IMG/VR virus record: IMGVR_UViG_3300042392_001228
Span: 1-64,000 of that record
Strand: one strand, 5' to 3'
Source: an uncultured virus (IMG/VR IMGVR_UViG_3300042392_001228)
Lineage: Duplodnaviria; Heunggongvirae; Uroviricota; Caudoviricetes
DNA length: 64,000 nucleotides
Shown here piece by piece: positions 35,047-45,923 of the stretch (the first letter of the stretch is position 1; each line of letters opens with the position of its first letter). Position numbers and translations under genes: made by a program. The notes under the pieces are model-generated. The model saw only the letters and a list, made by a program, of their open reading frames with translations. It made no database searches and was not told the DNA's origin.

Positions 35047-36192
35047 TTAGTCCTCCTGAGGATGAGTTGTTGTGGTTAAGGTTATTGCGCTTGACCCTAC
35101 GCTACGTTTAATGAGTCTAACGTAAACAAGGCCGTTTGAGTCCCCTTGTAGAAGCGGAACAGGGTTTTGAATAATTGTTTCAGGTGTCAAGGTTGTTACA
35201 TTTTCCGAGTAGGGCTTGTTGTCTCCGAGGTTTATAATAGACTGCATAGTACCGCCTGGCTCTAATCGGGGGTCTGCTGATCTTTGTGCGCTTGACCGGT
35301 ACATTCGAATCCAAGCTGGTTCAGACACTTGAACGGCGACTAACTCTGAAAGCCTGCCCAGTCCAAGTGTGAAGTCTTCCGTGTCTCCCTGCCCGCTCAA
35401 AACACTGGTAGTGTAAGTAGTGTTTACACGTAGGGATCCTACGGGGCCTGTCGCCCCGACAGCTCCTGTGGCCCCTGTGGCCCCAGGCACCCCAACCCCA
35501 GATGCACCGGTGGCACCCACAGCCCCAGTTGCCCCAGTCACACCTGCACCGGTGGCACCCACAGCCCCAGTTGCCCCCGTCGCGCCAGAAGTTCCCACTC
35601 CAGTTGCCCCAGTCACACCTGCACCGGTGGCACCCACAGCCCCAGTTGCCCCCGTCGCGCCAGAAGTTCCCACTCCAGTCGCCCCGGTAACTCCCGCACC
35701 CGTTGCCCCGATCGGACCCGTCGCGCCAGAAGTTCCCACTCCAGTCGCCCCGGTAACTCCCACTCCAGTCGCCCCGATCGGACCCGTCGCACCCGTCGCA
35801 CCATTTGCGCCAGAAGCCCCCACACCTGTAGGACCAGCGGCACCAGTGGCCCCTGCAGGCCCCGTCGCCCCAATTGTTCCTGGGGATGTCCCCCCGCCTT
35901 GTATGGCGAGCCATACGTACCCGTCCCAGATATTGAGTGACCCCTCGGTTGTGTCATACCACATTTCCCCGACACAGTTTCCACTGAAATACGAGGAGGG
36001 TACGCCGAAGTTCGGAGGCTCAGGACCCACGTGACACGGACCGATCTTTCGAAGATTACCGTCAGTGTCTGCGAAGTATAAACCAGGCTCTGCCGGGTCA
36101 ATGTTCACAGCCAATTGGCCCTGGGAGAGAATCGCAGGGTTAGGGCGTTTCTGTTCTTCTAGACTCCTTAAAATTTGTATTTTTGTGATCAT
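35047..36192 (-). CDS. Collagen-like tail fibre protein
   Basis: Shared fibre N-terminal module plus ~145 aa of GATG/GVTG repeats. Confidence 0.85.
   Translation of the reverse strand: MITKIQILRSLEEQKRPNPAILSQGQLAVNIDPAEPGLYFADTDGNLRKIGPCHVGPEPPNFGVPSSYFSGNCVGEMWYDTTEGSLNIWDGYVWLAIQGGGTSPGTIGATGPAGATGAAGPTGVGASGANGATGATGPIGATGVGVTGATGVGTSGATGPIGATGAGVTGATGVGTSGATGATGAVGATGAGVTGATGVGTSGATGATGAVGATGAGVTGATGAVGATGASGVGVPGATGATGAVGATGPVGSLRVNTTYTTSVLSGQGDTEDFTLGLGRLSELVAVQVSEPAWIRMYRSSAQRSADPRLEPGGTMQSIINLGDNKPYSENVTTLTPETIIQNPVPLLQGDSNGLVYVRLIKRSVGSSAITLTTTTHPQED
35437..35880. repeat. Coding collagen-like tandem repeats
   Basis: Repeated gcaccggtggcacccacagccccagttgcccc and ccagaagttcccactccagt units. 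Confidence 0.9.
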
Positions 36193-36195
36193 GGC

Positions 36196-36879
36196 CTAAG
36201 CGGAGGGGGAAATGGGCCAAGAGTGAAACTCCATACTATTGCAATAGTCGCTTAATGAAACTAAGTCCCCCTTTTCGGATGTTAGCCTTCGCTTAACCTT
36301 TGATTCTTCTCTCACAGCTTCTCTCCAAGTACCCCAATCTTCAGGGATGTCCCCCCCCGTCTCAGACTGACGAACTACCATCCAATCGGAGGGTTGTAGT
36401 AGAGAATAAGTTCTCTCTCTTATTACGTTTGCTACATAGTTTTGTGCGTCAGGCAGAGACAAGTCAATTGGAAAAACCGACCACACATACTCAGCAGAGC
36501 CGTCCCAGTAAAGAGATGTGTTTAAGCAGGGCTGATCCGTGGGTGGTTTCTCAGTTGAGTCACTTGGTTGGGGCCAACCTTTTTCAGTCACTACAATTTT
36601 CCTGCCCACTGGCGGAACGGTGCTGTAAAAGGTTTTAGGATTTTGCTTACAGATAATTATCTCTTCAGCTTCTGTGATCAGAAATTCCCAAGGCTCAATA
36701 CTCTCTATGACTTCTACGTGGGGTGTAACCCCCTTGTACTCTACAGTTCCCTCTAAACTTTCGGTGTCAAACTGTATAGCGTGTATGGTGGGATCAACGG
36801 AAGTCATGTCAACTTCCGAGGCTACGCTACCGTTGAGAACTACTACTCTATCAATTGGGATGATTGTAATCTGAGACAT
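36196..36879 (-). CDS. Tail fibre assembly chaperone-like protein
   Basis: IHAIQF; LQPSDWMVVRQSETG..IPEDW..WREAVR. Confidence 0.65.
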   Translation of the reverse strand: MSQITIIPIDRVVVLNGSVASEVDMTSVDPTIHAIQFDTESLEGTVEYKGVTPHVEVIESIEPWEFLITEAEEIIICKQNPKTFYSTVPPVGRKIVVTEKGWPQPSDSTEKPPTDQPCLNTSLYWDGSAEYVWSVFPIDLSLPDAQNYVANVIRERTYSLLQPSDWMVVRQSETGGDIPEDWGTWREAVREESKVKRRLTSEKGDLVSLSDYCNSMEFHSWPISPSA

Positions 36880-36899
36880 TTTGTTAAGGTTATAAGGGA

Positions 36900-36907
36900 C
36901 TTTACCC
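36900..36907 (-). promoter_or_regulatory. Putative late promoter GGGTAAAG
   Basis: 20 nt upstream of ATG 36879; overlaps a Gly-stop. Confidence 0.7.
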
Positions 36908-37222
36908 TGGTGAGAGCTCTTTCAGGTCCACAGGTTGAATTGAGTCTCTACGTGGGTACCCCTGAGAAGCTTGTAACAGAATCGTATTTAGCAGATCCGA
37001 TCTTTCCACTGACTCATTTCGGAAACTTTGAACAGACGCGGAGGTTTGCCTTTGCTGATGGGAATTTTCGATTAGAAGGATCGGGAGAAGGTTCACGGCG
37101 CATTGCCATTCAGCTACTTCAAGACCCGTGTTCGGGTTTACACCCCTCGCTTGGCAGTACCAAGCACATTTGTTTTCAATGCAGTTTTTTCGAATTAGTG
37201 GGCAATAGTTTCCTTTTTTCAT
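36902..37222 (-). CDS. Cys-rich phage protein downstream of tail fibre
   Basis: CPLI..C...CAW..G.NPNTG..W.CA..LLIENS.QQRQT..SFRNE. Confidence 0.75.
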   Translation of the reverse strand: MKKGNYCPLIRKNCIENKCAWYCQARGVNPNTGLEVAEWQCAVNLLPILLIENSHQQRQTSASVQSFRNESVERSDLLNTILLQASQGYPRRDSIQPVDLKELSPG

Positions 37223-37249
37223 GACTTATGCAAGGGTTACTAAGTTAAA

Positions 37250-40200
37250 TTAAGACTTTGTTGCTACAATGAAATCAACGTATTTCACATTAAAATTCAT
37301 ACCCGACATCGAGTAGGAGGGGTTGTTGAAAGCGTGGGAGTGGGGAGAGCTAGACCCGGTAGAACCCGTGGTCCCCGATGTAGAGGATAGGGGGGAAGAC
37401 ACAGCATTGAAGTTTGTCCCCCCTGCCCCTCCATTACCCTGCTCGGACCAGTAGGAGTAGGAGTGTGTGTGGGAGGGGATCTCACTTGTCACTAGAGAGT
37501 GGCCACTAACCGACCCGCCGACAGACAAGCTGATTGAGCTACTGCGTGATGAAGTGAATACCGTATCAAAGTTGGTGGAACCCCCGGTCCCCCCCCCTGA
37601 AGAGCTTACAATCCGAATTGCTGCGTTGTTGAAGGCAGGGGAAGACACTGTTACCCACCCTGTAGGTGGTGAAGCATTATGGAATGCCATACTGGTCCCG
37701 GCGGAAAAACCTACACTCGTAATGGCAGACAAAGTCACTATCCCCGGTAAAGTTTCTGTCGCTGTTCTAAAGTTCGTGTACCACTCCGGGGAAAATAGCG
37801 GAGCACCCGAAACAGAGCACCCCGAAGTGAACTCAAGGGTAGTTGTTACGTTTAGATTATCAACAGTAAGCTGAGGGTAGTAGGTTGGAATGTCAACTCC
37901 AGCGAAAGGATTACCAATATCAGATATACTAGTGGTATCACCAGTGCTTAGATCGGTTAACCCTGCAGCAGTTACAAAATAACCTTCCTGGTTAAAACCT
38001 GTAGCGTACACTCTTCCGCCGAGCTGGTTAGTGAAGTAGTATGTGAATTGGTTCTGTGGTGAAAGGTCTCCCTGGTACTCTGGTAGTGCTTTTGTATAGT
38101 TAAGAAAGCCAGCCCACTCCCAAGCATGGCCGAAAACACGTAACACAGACGGGCGTCTAAACTCAATGGGCCAATTTGCGAGTAAGTTTGCAGCACCGTC
38201 CGGGGTAAATCCCTTCATGTCCGAGTTGGAGCCTGGGTTCAGGTCCCGGTCAACAGTGGCCACCGGTAGTAGGATTGAAGTGGCTTGCACTCCTGTAAAG
38301 CCAATTCCATGTAAGAACTCGTATACACCTCTGTAGTCTGTAGAAGTTCTGTACTGTGCCGAAATCGCACTGTCGGTCGACCAGCAAGTTGTCAGATTGT
38401 ATCCGCAATTTACGGACGGCTGAACACCGTCTGTGTCATTGTCAAAGTAAATTACCGGTGCTACATTCGTGTAAAAGTCGTAGGCGTTGAAGTCCGACGG
38501 CATGTGAACATACGACTGACTCCATTTCTCCGTGTCGAAAGACGTATCTGAGTTTTTAACTACACATGTGAAGTGCTTATTTTGGTACTTTACAGTTTCA
38601 CCGGGTCGGTAGTACCCCCCAGATGTCCAAGCGTTCGATGGGTTTGCCCTTTGAAGAATGATCTGGGCTTTCTTAACAACCGGGTCTGACCCAATCGGTA
38701 TGGGGCCTGACTTGTTGATAATGACCATCCCTGAGTCTGGGAGAAGATCAACGGTTCCGCTGCCGGAACTTACTGTAGTTTGAACTATATAGTCTCTGGG
38801 TGGTGTTCGAGTGTTGCTGTCTGTGTTCGTAACGTTAAGGCTGTAGCGTCTTTGACTCAGGGAACGATTGTCTACGAGTCGACGAATGTATACTTTGTTT
38901 CCGGCCAAACTAGCCCCATCAACTCCAGGGTAGTCGCCGTCCTGGTTTTGCATTTGAGTTGTAATTTGAAGGTGCCCAGGGGTCGTTGGTGCCCAAGGTG
39001 AGGAGGTTAAAGGTGCTCTCCAGTCCGGACCGTTAGGGTTCTCAATCCACAGATAGCTACCACTCTTTAGAGTGTAGTTCTTGGCTGCCAAGACTTGGGG
39101 GACCCCTAGGTAAATTTCTGACTCAATGAGAGGCTGCGTCAAAACCAATACGGTGGCGTCGTCGGCCACTCCTGTGGCTATCACGCCCAGGGAAATATTA
39201 TTAACTACAGTTATCTGATCAGTCATATTTGTAGCCACGTTTATCGTAGCCACGTTCCAATTGATATCCTGCGGGAATGCCTCAGACTTATATCCCTCAG
39301 CCAAAGCTGCACAGCCTCCAAAAGAGCTGTTTGAGTTTGTGACCGAGATCTCAGCCCCGTTCTTCACCCAGTGGTGAATCCCTTGTCCAATCGCAAAAAC
39401 GGAAACTTCTTGAATGAACGCACCATTAACAGCTTTAATGTGGGATGATATCCTTAAGGGATCCATTCGAAGATCGTTAGGGTTCAGTGCAATAAAGCTG
39501 TCGTAGTTAGATATTGTGCTACCCCAAACTTTAGTAGAGGAGTTGTATCTTTGCCAGCAGTACAAGTCCCTTTGTAGGCTAACTCCAGTAAACTGAGACG
39601 TAACTATCGATTTGAACCCTGTCACTTCGTTTCCGTCTGCGTAAACTCCGCAGAGGCCATACCTAGATCTCACTGAGCAGTTAAATATGTACGGCGATGA
39701 CCCGATAACTCCGTCGGTGTTTTCTTCGGGAAGTCCTGGGGGCTTCGGCGCAACAATCTCCGATTCCCCTGGATTTACAGGTAGGTTCGGGTTGGTTTGA
39801 CCGAAGATCGTCCGTACTTTGGCGTAGTAAGCAGTTAGGTCTGCGTCTGAAGCGAACGAGAAACAGTCGAGCAAGTGGTGGCTGGCCGCTAAACCAAGCT
39901 TGTCTTTGAAGGTGAAGTTGAAGAAGAAGCCCCCACCTGTAATGCGAAGAATTGACCCCCTATTCGTGTCAATGTTCCCGGTCTTAGCCGGAACATAGCT
40001 CGGTCTAATTATTGTTTTTCTTAAGTCCTCCCCAATAACGGACACACCTCGGGGGAGTATGACGCCAGCATAAGCCTCGCTGTTCATTGCCCTTAACTGG
40101 GACTCCGTTGGAATCGCACCGCTAACCCACGGGCTAACTGTGGCGCTTCCCGGTGTCCCGTCAACCACGTTCTCTCCCGCCGAGCACTTGATGACAAAGC

Positions 40201-40888
40201 GATCAAATGCTATCGAGTCCGGTTGTAAGCCTGCTTGAAAACGGGCGACTTCGAGTGCGGCCCTCTGCAGGGTTTTGAAAGGCTTCTGGGGTGTGTACCC
40301 CGCAACTGTCATTTGGTTGGTAATGACGGGCACAACAGTTCCGTCGTATACACCCGCAACATAGATATCGCTACCGATTTGAGGATTCACGTACAACGTG
40401 AAGGTTCCAGTGAGAAATTCCTTATTAAGGTCTGCGGGACCGTAAGAAGCAGGAACCCACGAGGTCCCCGTGCAAATGAACAGCTGCCCACTCTCACTGT
40501 TCCAGTATAGACTTCCAGTTGTTGCTTCGTCTTCGTTTGTGCCGATGTCCGGGGCATTTCCAACTGTCCCGAAGGGGAGCGAGACTTTTATAGCCGTACC
40601 TTCCAAGTCTAAGCCGAACCCAGGATTTCTTACAACCCAGGATAACACCCCGTTGGCACCTATTGTCAGCTGGCCGCCGGTTACGGGAGCTGCTGGCCAT
40701 ACATAAGAGTTAAAGGCGCTCGGGTTGTTGGTCTTAATAACCCCCGCCGCAGTTGAAGCATTGAACGAGATAGTTCCGTCCGACCCGATTGTCACACCGG
40801 AGCCTTCCTTCACCCCTTGAGGTTGTCCAGGTAAAACAGTGCCTTTATCACTGTCCCCCATAAGTAGTTGTGCTCGGGTTAATGCCAC
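37250..40888 (-). CDS. Large tail fibre protein with C-terminal collar/needle-like domain
   Basis: 1212 aa; PFKTLQRA, beta-helix-like core, PPTGW..EIPSHTH..PHSH. Confidence 0.8.
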   Translation of the reverse strand: MALTRAQLLMGDSDKGTVLPGQPQGVKEGSGVTIGSDGTISFNASTAAGVIKTNNPSAFNSYVWPAAPVTGGQLTIGANGVLSWVVRNPGFGLDLEGTAIKVSLPFGTVGNAPDIGTNEDEATTGSLYWNSESGQLFICTGTSWVPASYGPADLNKEFLTGTFTLYVNPQIGSDIYVAGVYDGTVVPVITNQMTVAGYTPQKPFKTLQRAALEVARFQAGLQPDSIAFDRFVIKCSAGENVVDGTPGSATVSPWVSGAIPTESQLRAMNSEAYAGVILPRGVSVIGEDLRKTIIRPSYVPAKTGNIDTNRGSILRITGGGFFFNFTFKDKLGLAASHHLLDCFSFASDADLTAYYAKVRTIFGQTNPNLPVNPGESEIVAPKPPGLPEENTDGVIGSSPYIFNCSVRSRYGLCGVYADGNEVTGFKSIVTSQFTGVSLQRDLYCWQRYNSSTKVWGSTISNYDSFIALNPNDLRMDPLRISSHIKAVNGAFIQEVSVFAIGQGIHHWVKNGAEISVTNSNSSFGGCAALAEGYKSEAFPQDINWNVATINVATNMTDQITVVNNISLGVIATGVADDATVLVLTQPLIESEIYLGVPQVLAAKNYTLKSGSYLWIENPNGPDWRAPLTSSPWAPTTPGHLQITTQMQNQDGDYPGVDGASLAGNKVYIRRLVDNRSLSQRRYSLNVTNTDSNTRTPPRDYIVQTTVSSGSGTVDLLPDSGMVIINKSGPIPIGSDPVVKKAQIILQRANPSNAWTSGGYYRPGETVKYQNKHFTCVVKNSDTSFDTEKWSQSYVHMPSDFNAYDFYTNVAPVIYFDNDTDGVQPSVNCGYNLTTCWSTDSAISAQYRTSTDYRGVYEFLHGIGFTGVQATSILLPVATVDRDLNPGSNSDMKGFTPDGAANLLANWPIEFRRPSVLRVFGHAWEWAGFLNYTKALPEYQGDLSPQNQFTYYFTNQLGGRVYATGFNQEGYFVTAAGLTDLSTGDTTSISDIGNPFAGVDIPTYYPQLTVDNLNVTTTLEFTSGCSVSGAPLFSPEWYTNFRTATETLPGIVTLSAITSVGFSAGTSMAFHNASPPTGWVTVSSPAFNNAAIRIVSSSGGGTGGSTNFDTVFTSSRSSSISLSVGGSVSGHSLVTSEIPSHTHSYSYWSEQGNGGAGGTNFNAVSSPLSSTSGTTGSTGSSSPHSHAFNNPSYSMSGMNFNVKYVDFIVATKS

Positions 40889-40914
40889 TGTTCAGAACTA
40901 ACACATACAGATAG

Positions 40915-40922
40915 TTTTACCC
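40915..40922 (-). promoter_or_regulatory. Putative late promoter GGGTAAAA
   Basis: 26 nt upstream of GTG 40888. Confidence 0.75.
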
Positions 40923-40925
40923 TAG

Positions 40926-43900
40926 TTATAACACCCCGACCTCGTTTGCGACGGATAGCACGATACCCGGTCCCCACCTTAAGAAGCTACTCCCGTACTT
41001 ACCTTGGTTTGGACAAAAAATAAACTCGGCGTTGGACACTACTCGTAAGTTTGCCACGGTGTTAGGTAGAGGGGCGTCAGTTGGGTCTAAGAAGGTTAAA
41101 ACAGAATTTTCAACGGTGTAGGATACGCCAGGTAACTGCAACGCACCACCCAAGCTGAGCATAATATTCTCCGCTGTTACAGCAGAAGCATTCACCACCT
41201 TACCCCCGTACTTTAAGGAAAATGAAGTTCTAGCCCCGTTAAACTCCCCACTAATGTCGTCAAGTGAGTAAACTTCTACAGGATAGGTCGAACGCAAAGA
41301 CCAGTATGAACCCGAGCAAATAGATCTGATGTCTAGGGTAGTTCCTTCGGGGGGAACTCCTGTGAAGGAAAACCGAACAGTTGTTGGAGAGGTCCTCTCA
41401 ACAGAGTAAGAGAACGGCAGAGAGGAGTTGACAGCGGATAAGGGTATTTGCCCCACCCCACCTAAAAAGACGAACGTGTTGTTGGCGGTGACTTCCAGCG
41501 GGACCAACAAGCTCGGGTCCGAGGGGATGGTGGCCGTGAAGTTCGTTCTTGCCCCGTCAAATGGCTCAACGAAGCTCAAAGACGCAACAGTTAGAGTTCG
41601 ATTTGAGTCAACACTGGTTACAACTCGAATATTGCAGGACAAACCTGATGCAGGGGACGTTGCGAATTGAATCCTGTTTCCGACCAGAGAGTAGTTCACT
41701 CCTGGTTTTTGAACGGAAGCTCCCAGGGTTACGAACAAAGATTCTGCGGATAGCTGATCTGGAGGTATCGCTAAACCACTGCGAGTTAAGTCGAAAGTTG
41801 AACGTGACCCGTTGAACTCAGGTGAGATGTCGTCGGCAGAGTATACAACAACTTGAGAAGGGAACTCAACATACGGTTGCTCTTCGTAAACTTGCTGGTT
41901 ACTAAGGTTAATTGTCGGAGTAGAGTACTCGTAGAAGTTCGCTGTTAGCGCCTGACGCTGTGGGCCAAACTGAACAATTTCCCCCTTATCGTTCACGCCC
42001 ATTACGGTGAGTCTCCCGCTCCAAGTAGTGGTGGCTTGGTAGTCGGTAGCTAGCTTTCGAGTGAAGTCATTGCTCTGAAACTCAGGGAGTCCACGAGAGT
42101 AGTTGTAATAGCCTGCGTAAGCCCAAGTGTGGGTGTTTGCAGTTATGACAGAAGGCTGATTAAACTCTAGAGGCCACTTGTCTACAGTCAAGGAGTAACC
42201 GTTTGTCGGAAGATTACCTGAAAGGGACAGGATTGACATCAGCCGTTCGCCCCAGTACTTCGGAGTTAAATGTGGTTTTAGGACACCTTTGGAGTACCCC
42301 ATGACCTCAAAGAAACGGTACATCGCCCTCTTGGTGCTGGCCCAGTCCGGATCGTAAAGCTCGGGTTGAGGGAGGGGGTTTGCGCTACATACCGTAACTG
42401 TAGTTTGCTGTGGCCAGTTGTTTCCCGGTAGTGTTGTTGGGTAGTAACTGTTCTCATAAGTTAGACGTACTCCTCGAACGACGGTTCCGTTCAAGTTTAT
42501 GACTCGAATGTACTCAACTCCCGAAAAAGAGCTAAGTCGGAGTACAGACGCTGTTTGACGCGGGTTCTCAATATCAACAGACGACAAAACGGAAAATTCC
42601 ACTATTGAGGGGCGATACCTTCTTGGTACGGGGGCCAAGGTTGCGTCTTGTTCCAGCTGTATCTCGTTCAAAGTAGAAACCGTGTATGTAACTGCACCGT
42701 CGGCTAAGTCTTTTAGGCACAATCCAAGGCTCTCTGTGCTGTCGTCCCCGTCATAAACATACTGAGAAGAGTAAGTGGGGTAGGGGTCAGTGGCACCTCT
42801 AAAGTAGCTCTGCTCTGCGTAGTCCTCTATGTCCAGGTACGAGTCGACTGCGTAAGAACCCTGAAAAGTTTCTGAGACCTTTTCTTGTTTTTCCAGGACA
42901 CTTGTGTCAACGAACGGTGAGCAGGTCTCGATCGGAGCCACAGAGAAAGGTCCAAAGCTGTCCGTGAAACTTGAAGCCTCACCGTAATACACGCAGTTCC
43001 ACAGGTTATTTTCAGCTGTGTACCAGTTTCTGTTTCTGTAAGTGGTGTATGAGCCAGACGGAAGGTTAAAGTTGCTTCCTTGCCCCCAGGGGCGACTGTA
43101 GTCGGTTGCAGTGATCGCAACATAGTAAGTTAGATCCTGGTTGCTATCCCCAATAACGTAGTTAAACTGCGGGGAAGACCCTTGTCCACCTGTCTCCGTA
43201 GCATCAACGGTGAAGAGTCTCCCCCAACCCCCGAGGACCCCTGGGTCGAATTGAACGTTCGGCCTTAGCGAAATTGAACCTTGTTGTTGGCTGGTTTGGT
43301 TTAGCCTTAGTACCGATCCAACTTGGGGGGCGATGGCGTTCGGAAGGGTGTTCCCTATATATAGGCTGTAAGAACGCTCAAAATCTTGTCTCGGGTCGGT
43401 AAACCTGCGAATGTATGGAACACCGAGAATTGGCAGTAGTCCTTCGTCGTTTGGTATTGTACTATCCGAAGACCTTAGGCGAATCTTAGCAAAGTTTATA
43501 GGGTCGCCGAGCCCGGTTATAACTGTGGGTCCGCCGTCTGTAGCGAAAAATCCGCGATAGGTGCAGGACTCCGTTTCAACCCAGAGTGCTGTCCCTGGGC
43601 TCAAGGAGTAGGGGAGTAGATGGCATGGCGAAAAGTCCGAGTTCAGCTCTAAGATCTGCGTGTTCGGATCCTGAGGGTCAATGTAAATCGCCTTGACTTT
43701 GCCACCAAGGGAGAGTATTCTCTTGTTGTCTGGGCTCTCTACCTGAGACTTAAGAAGGGCCAATGGCCTTTGAACACCTTCAAGCACGAATCCCTTTCCG
43801 TTGGCCTTCGCACCACTTATCGTGTTAATTCCCAGAAAACCCTCTGACTTAAACGCAACCGACCCGAAGTTCGTGGTGCTATTTGTTAGGCTGCAGGTTC

Positions 43901-45698
43901 CGCCGTTTAGTGCCCATACCCCAATTGCGGGGCCGATGCTGTACACAGATTGAAACTGCCCATATGCCCCATTCCTAACTCGAAAACCGAAGTGTCGAAA
44001 GTCTCTTTCAATGTCAACAATTCCTATGCTTTTGCCTCCTGGCTCGGTAAGGCTCTTGTAGTAGTACCGTATGTTGTTTACGGGAGTAGAGTTTAATAGG
44101 GAAAGTTGATCTTTCTCCGGAACGTTGGAGAGAGAAGAGGGGCGAAGCTCTACAGGGGTTGACAGAAACTTTGCCTCGGTTAGATTCCACCACTTTTGCT
44201 CTGGTAGCTTTGTGGCGGGATTCACGAGAGTTGTGTAAATTTCGTATACGCACGGATCGTTCTGCAGCGATACCGCTGTACAGGAGTTTACAATTACCGA
44301 CTTAAACCCGGAAACAGTCGCCCCGTCGAAGTCCCCCCAGTTCATGCCGTAGTCGGACCGGAGTACAATGTCTTTCGCGTAGAAAGACGAGTTTCTCGTA
44401 GTGTTTGAGTCCTCGTTGTTGGGGTAGGTTCCAACCGGGCCCACGATTGTGTAGTCTCCGCTATTTACGAGAGACATTCCCTTTGTAACTTTTCCACCAA
44501 AGAAGTCGGGAAAGGCTTTCTGAACTTTCGTAAAGTACTCCCCAATCTCAAGCAGAGTTGCGTTTTCAAACACCTTTAACCTGTGAGCAGACTTTAAAGT
44601 GTTTTCCACCCTAAGCTTCGGTGTTGTTTTGTCGCTGAATGTCGGTAAGGATGAGAAAGGAACGTACTCCGCAGCGGGAGTCTCCGTCTGAGACCCGAAC
44701 GACAAATTGAAGCGGTAAGTGTCTATGGGAATAACGTAGTAAGTTCCTGCAGTGAAAGTTCCGGTGCTCTGGTCAATGGTCGGCTCGAAACTCACGGAGA
44801 CCTCTTCATTGAAAAAATGACCGTTTGGTCTCTCAGAGGCGAAAACCGCTAATCCATTTTCCTCTGTAACCGTAATAACCGTTCTCGATGACAATTTGTC
44901 AACAACGGAGAATGACTCAGCGAGAACGTTCCCGCCGCATTTGAAAATTGAGCTTAAGGGTTGGTCCACTCCTCTGAATGCCACAGGAAACGCAGGGTTC
45001 AGGTAGGTTGGAACAAATGCCGGTGAGACAACGCACTTTTTAAGGTCAAGCCCAATAATCGATATGCCGAAGGGGACAATAATTCCTCCGCTCAAGGAGT
45101 TAAACTGTTGTAGTTGTGCCGTTGTAACTTTGTTGGTTGCCGACGAGAAATTTACAGTGAAGTCATCGAGGCTAACACCGGGGCCATTGTTGGCTGTTAT
45201 GATGGAGGAGGAGAGAAGGATTGTGTAGCGATTGCTTTCGTTCGAAGTGGAGAAACCAGCTAAAACGCGGCTTATGTATATCTTTGAAAGCTCAAGTATT
45301 GCTCGGGATAAAGTCTGAAAGGGCAAGGCTTGCCCGTCGTTTCGAAGAGAATCCGTTGAGTACTTAAACTCAGGCGCAACAAACACTATGCTCCCCCCAC
45401 CACCGAGGAAAGGAGCGGACACCGTGCGCCACTGACTCGTTGCGTCCCCTACATTGATTGTGCCGTCCTCGGTGTCGAACCACAACTCACCCTTTTCCGG
45501 GAGGTTCGTAGGAGGAAGAGGTAGCACTGAGGGGGGCCCAACTTTAATTACTTGACCGTCAGTGACTGAGAAGAAAAGCCCTGGTTCTTCGCTGTTTGTG
45601 TTTAGGCCGATTTCACCTGGCGGAAGGTGCGACGGACTCGGCCTCTTTCCGGCGATTGAAGAACGCTTCAGGACTATTCGTTTGGCTTTTGCTGACAT
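40926..45698 (-). CDS. Large tail/virion structural protein, paralog of 37250..40888
   Basis: 1590 aa; shared fibre N-module, PFQTLSRA core, three C-terminal F[ND]G.R..F..Q.P..Y..F repeats. Confidence 0.8.
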   Translation of the reverse strand: MSAKAKRIVLKRSSIAGKRPSPSHLPPGEIGLNTNSEEPGLFFSVTDGQVIKVGPPSVLPLPPTNLPEKGELWFDTEDGTINVGDATSQWRTVSAPFLGGGGSIVFVAPEFKYSTDSLRNDGQALPFQTLSRAILELSKIYISRVLAGFSTSNESNRYTILLSSSIITANNGPGVSLDDFTVNFSSATNKVTTAQLQQFNSLSGGIIVPFGISIIGLDLKKCVVSPAFVPTYLNPAFPVAFRGVDQPLSSIFKCGGNVLAESFSVVDKLSSRTVITVTEENGLAVFASERPNGHFFNEEVSVSFEPTIDQSTGTFTAGTYYVIPIDTYRFNLSFGSQTETPAAEYVPFSSLPTFSDKTTPKLRVENTLKSAHRLKVFENATLLEIGEYFTKVQKAFPDFFGGKVTKGMSLVNSGDYTIVGPVGTYPNNEDSNTTRNSSFYAKDIVLRSDYGMNWGDFDGATVSGFKSVIVNSCTAVSLQNDPCVYEIYTTLVNPATKLPEQKWWNLTEAKFLSTPVELRPSSLSNVPEKDQLSLLNSTPVNNIRYYYKSLTEPGGKSIGIVDIERDFRHFGFRVRNGAYGQFQSVYSIGPAIGVWALNGGTCSLTNSTTNFGSVAFKSEGFLGINTISGAKANGKGFVLEGVQRPLALLKSQVESPDNKRILSLGGKVKAIYIDPQDPNTQILELNSDFSPCHLLPYSLSPGTALWVETESCTYRGFFATDGGPTVITGLGDPINFAKIRLRSSDSTIPNDEGLLPILGVPYIRRFTDPRQDFERSYSLYIGNTLPNAIAPQVGSVLRLNQTSQQQGSISLRPNVQFDPGVLGGWGRLFTVDATETGGQGSSPQFNYVIGDSNQDLTYYVAITATDYSRPWGQGSNFNLPSGSYTTYRNRNWYTAENNLWNCVYYGEASSFTDSFGPFSVAPIETCSPFVDTSVLEKQEKVSETFQGSYAVDSYLDIEDYAEQSYFRGATDPYPTYSSQYVYDGDDSTESLGLCLKDLADGAVTYTVSTLNEIQLEQDATLAPVPRRYRPSIVEFSVLSSVDIENPRQTASVLRLSSFSGVEYIRVINLNGTVVRGVRLTYENSYYPTTLPGNNWPQQTTVTVCSANPLPQPELYDPDWASTKRAMYRFFEVMGYSKGVLKPHLTPKYWGERLMSILSLSGNLPTNGYSLTVDKWPLEFNQPSVITANTHTWAYAGYYNYSRGLPEFQSNDFTRKLATDYQATTTWSGRLTVMGVNDKGEIVQFGPQRQALTANFYEYSTPTINLSNQQVYEEQPYVEFPSQVVVYSADDISPEFNGSRSTFDLTRSGLAIPPDQLSAESLFVTLGASVQKPGVNYSLVGNRIQFATSPASGLSCNIRVVTSVDSNRTLTVASLSFVEPFDGARTNFTATIPSDPSLLVPLEVTANNTFVFLGGVGQIPLSAVNSSLPFSYSVERTSPTTVRFSFTGVPPEGTTLDIRSICSGSYWSLRSTYPVEVYSLDDISGEFNGARTSFSLKYGGKVVNASAVTAENIMLSLGGALQLPGVSYTVENSVLTFLDPTDAPLPNTVANLRVVSNAEFIFCPNQGKYGSSFLRWGPGIVLSVANEVGVL

Positions 45699-45738
45699 TT
45701 GCTAAAGAGCTTAAGACTGTGTGCAGAGGCACTCATAC

Positions 45739-45746
45739 TTTTACCC
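45739..45746 (-). promoter_or_regulatory. Putative late promoter GGGTAAAA
   Basis: 40 nt upstream of ATG 45698; merges with a G10 tract. Confidence 0.7.
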
Positions 45747-45761
45747 CCCCCCCTCCCTCCC

Positions 45762-45923
45762 TTAGATGTACCTCGCTGCCTCTTTCGCCTCAGAGCTCAC
45801 TCCGCGTTTTCCAAGTTTCATAGCTGTGTTTAAAATATCCCGAGCACGATCTCTTTCGCTTGGGTTTCTCCTTACCCTTTTGTAGAGTGACATGAGGTCG
45901 AGGTACTTTTGGTCCTTGTCCAT
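45762..45923 (-). CDS. 53 aa kinase-partner protein (candidate immunity/inhibitor; not in ORF track)
   Basis: TAATG overlap with kinase stop; MDKDQKYLDLMSLYKRVRRNPSERDRARDILNTAMKLGKRGVSSEAKEAARYI*; homologous to 7276..7449. Confidence 0.85.
   Translation of the reverse strand: MDKDQKYLDLMSLYKRVRRNPSERDRARDILNTAMKLGKRGVSSEAKEAARYI

Noticed and set aside
35437..35880. Repeat array as a possible CRISPR
   Set aside because: The units are in-frame Gly-rich coding repeats with no unique spacers, and there are no cas genes.
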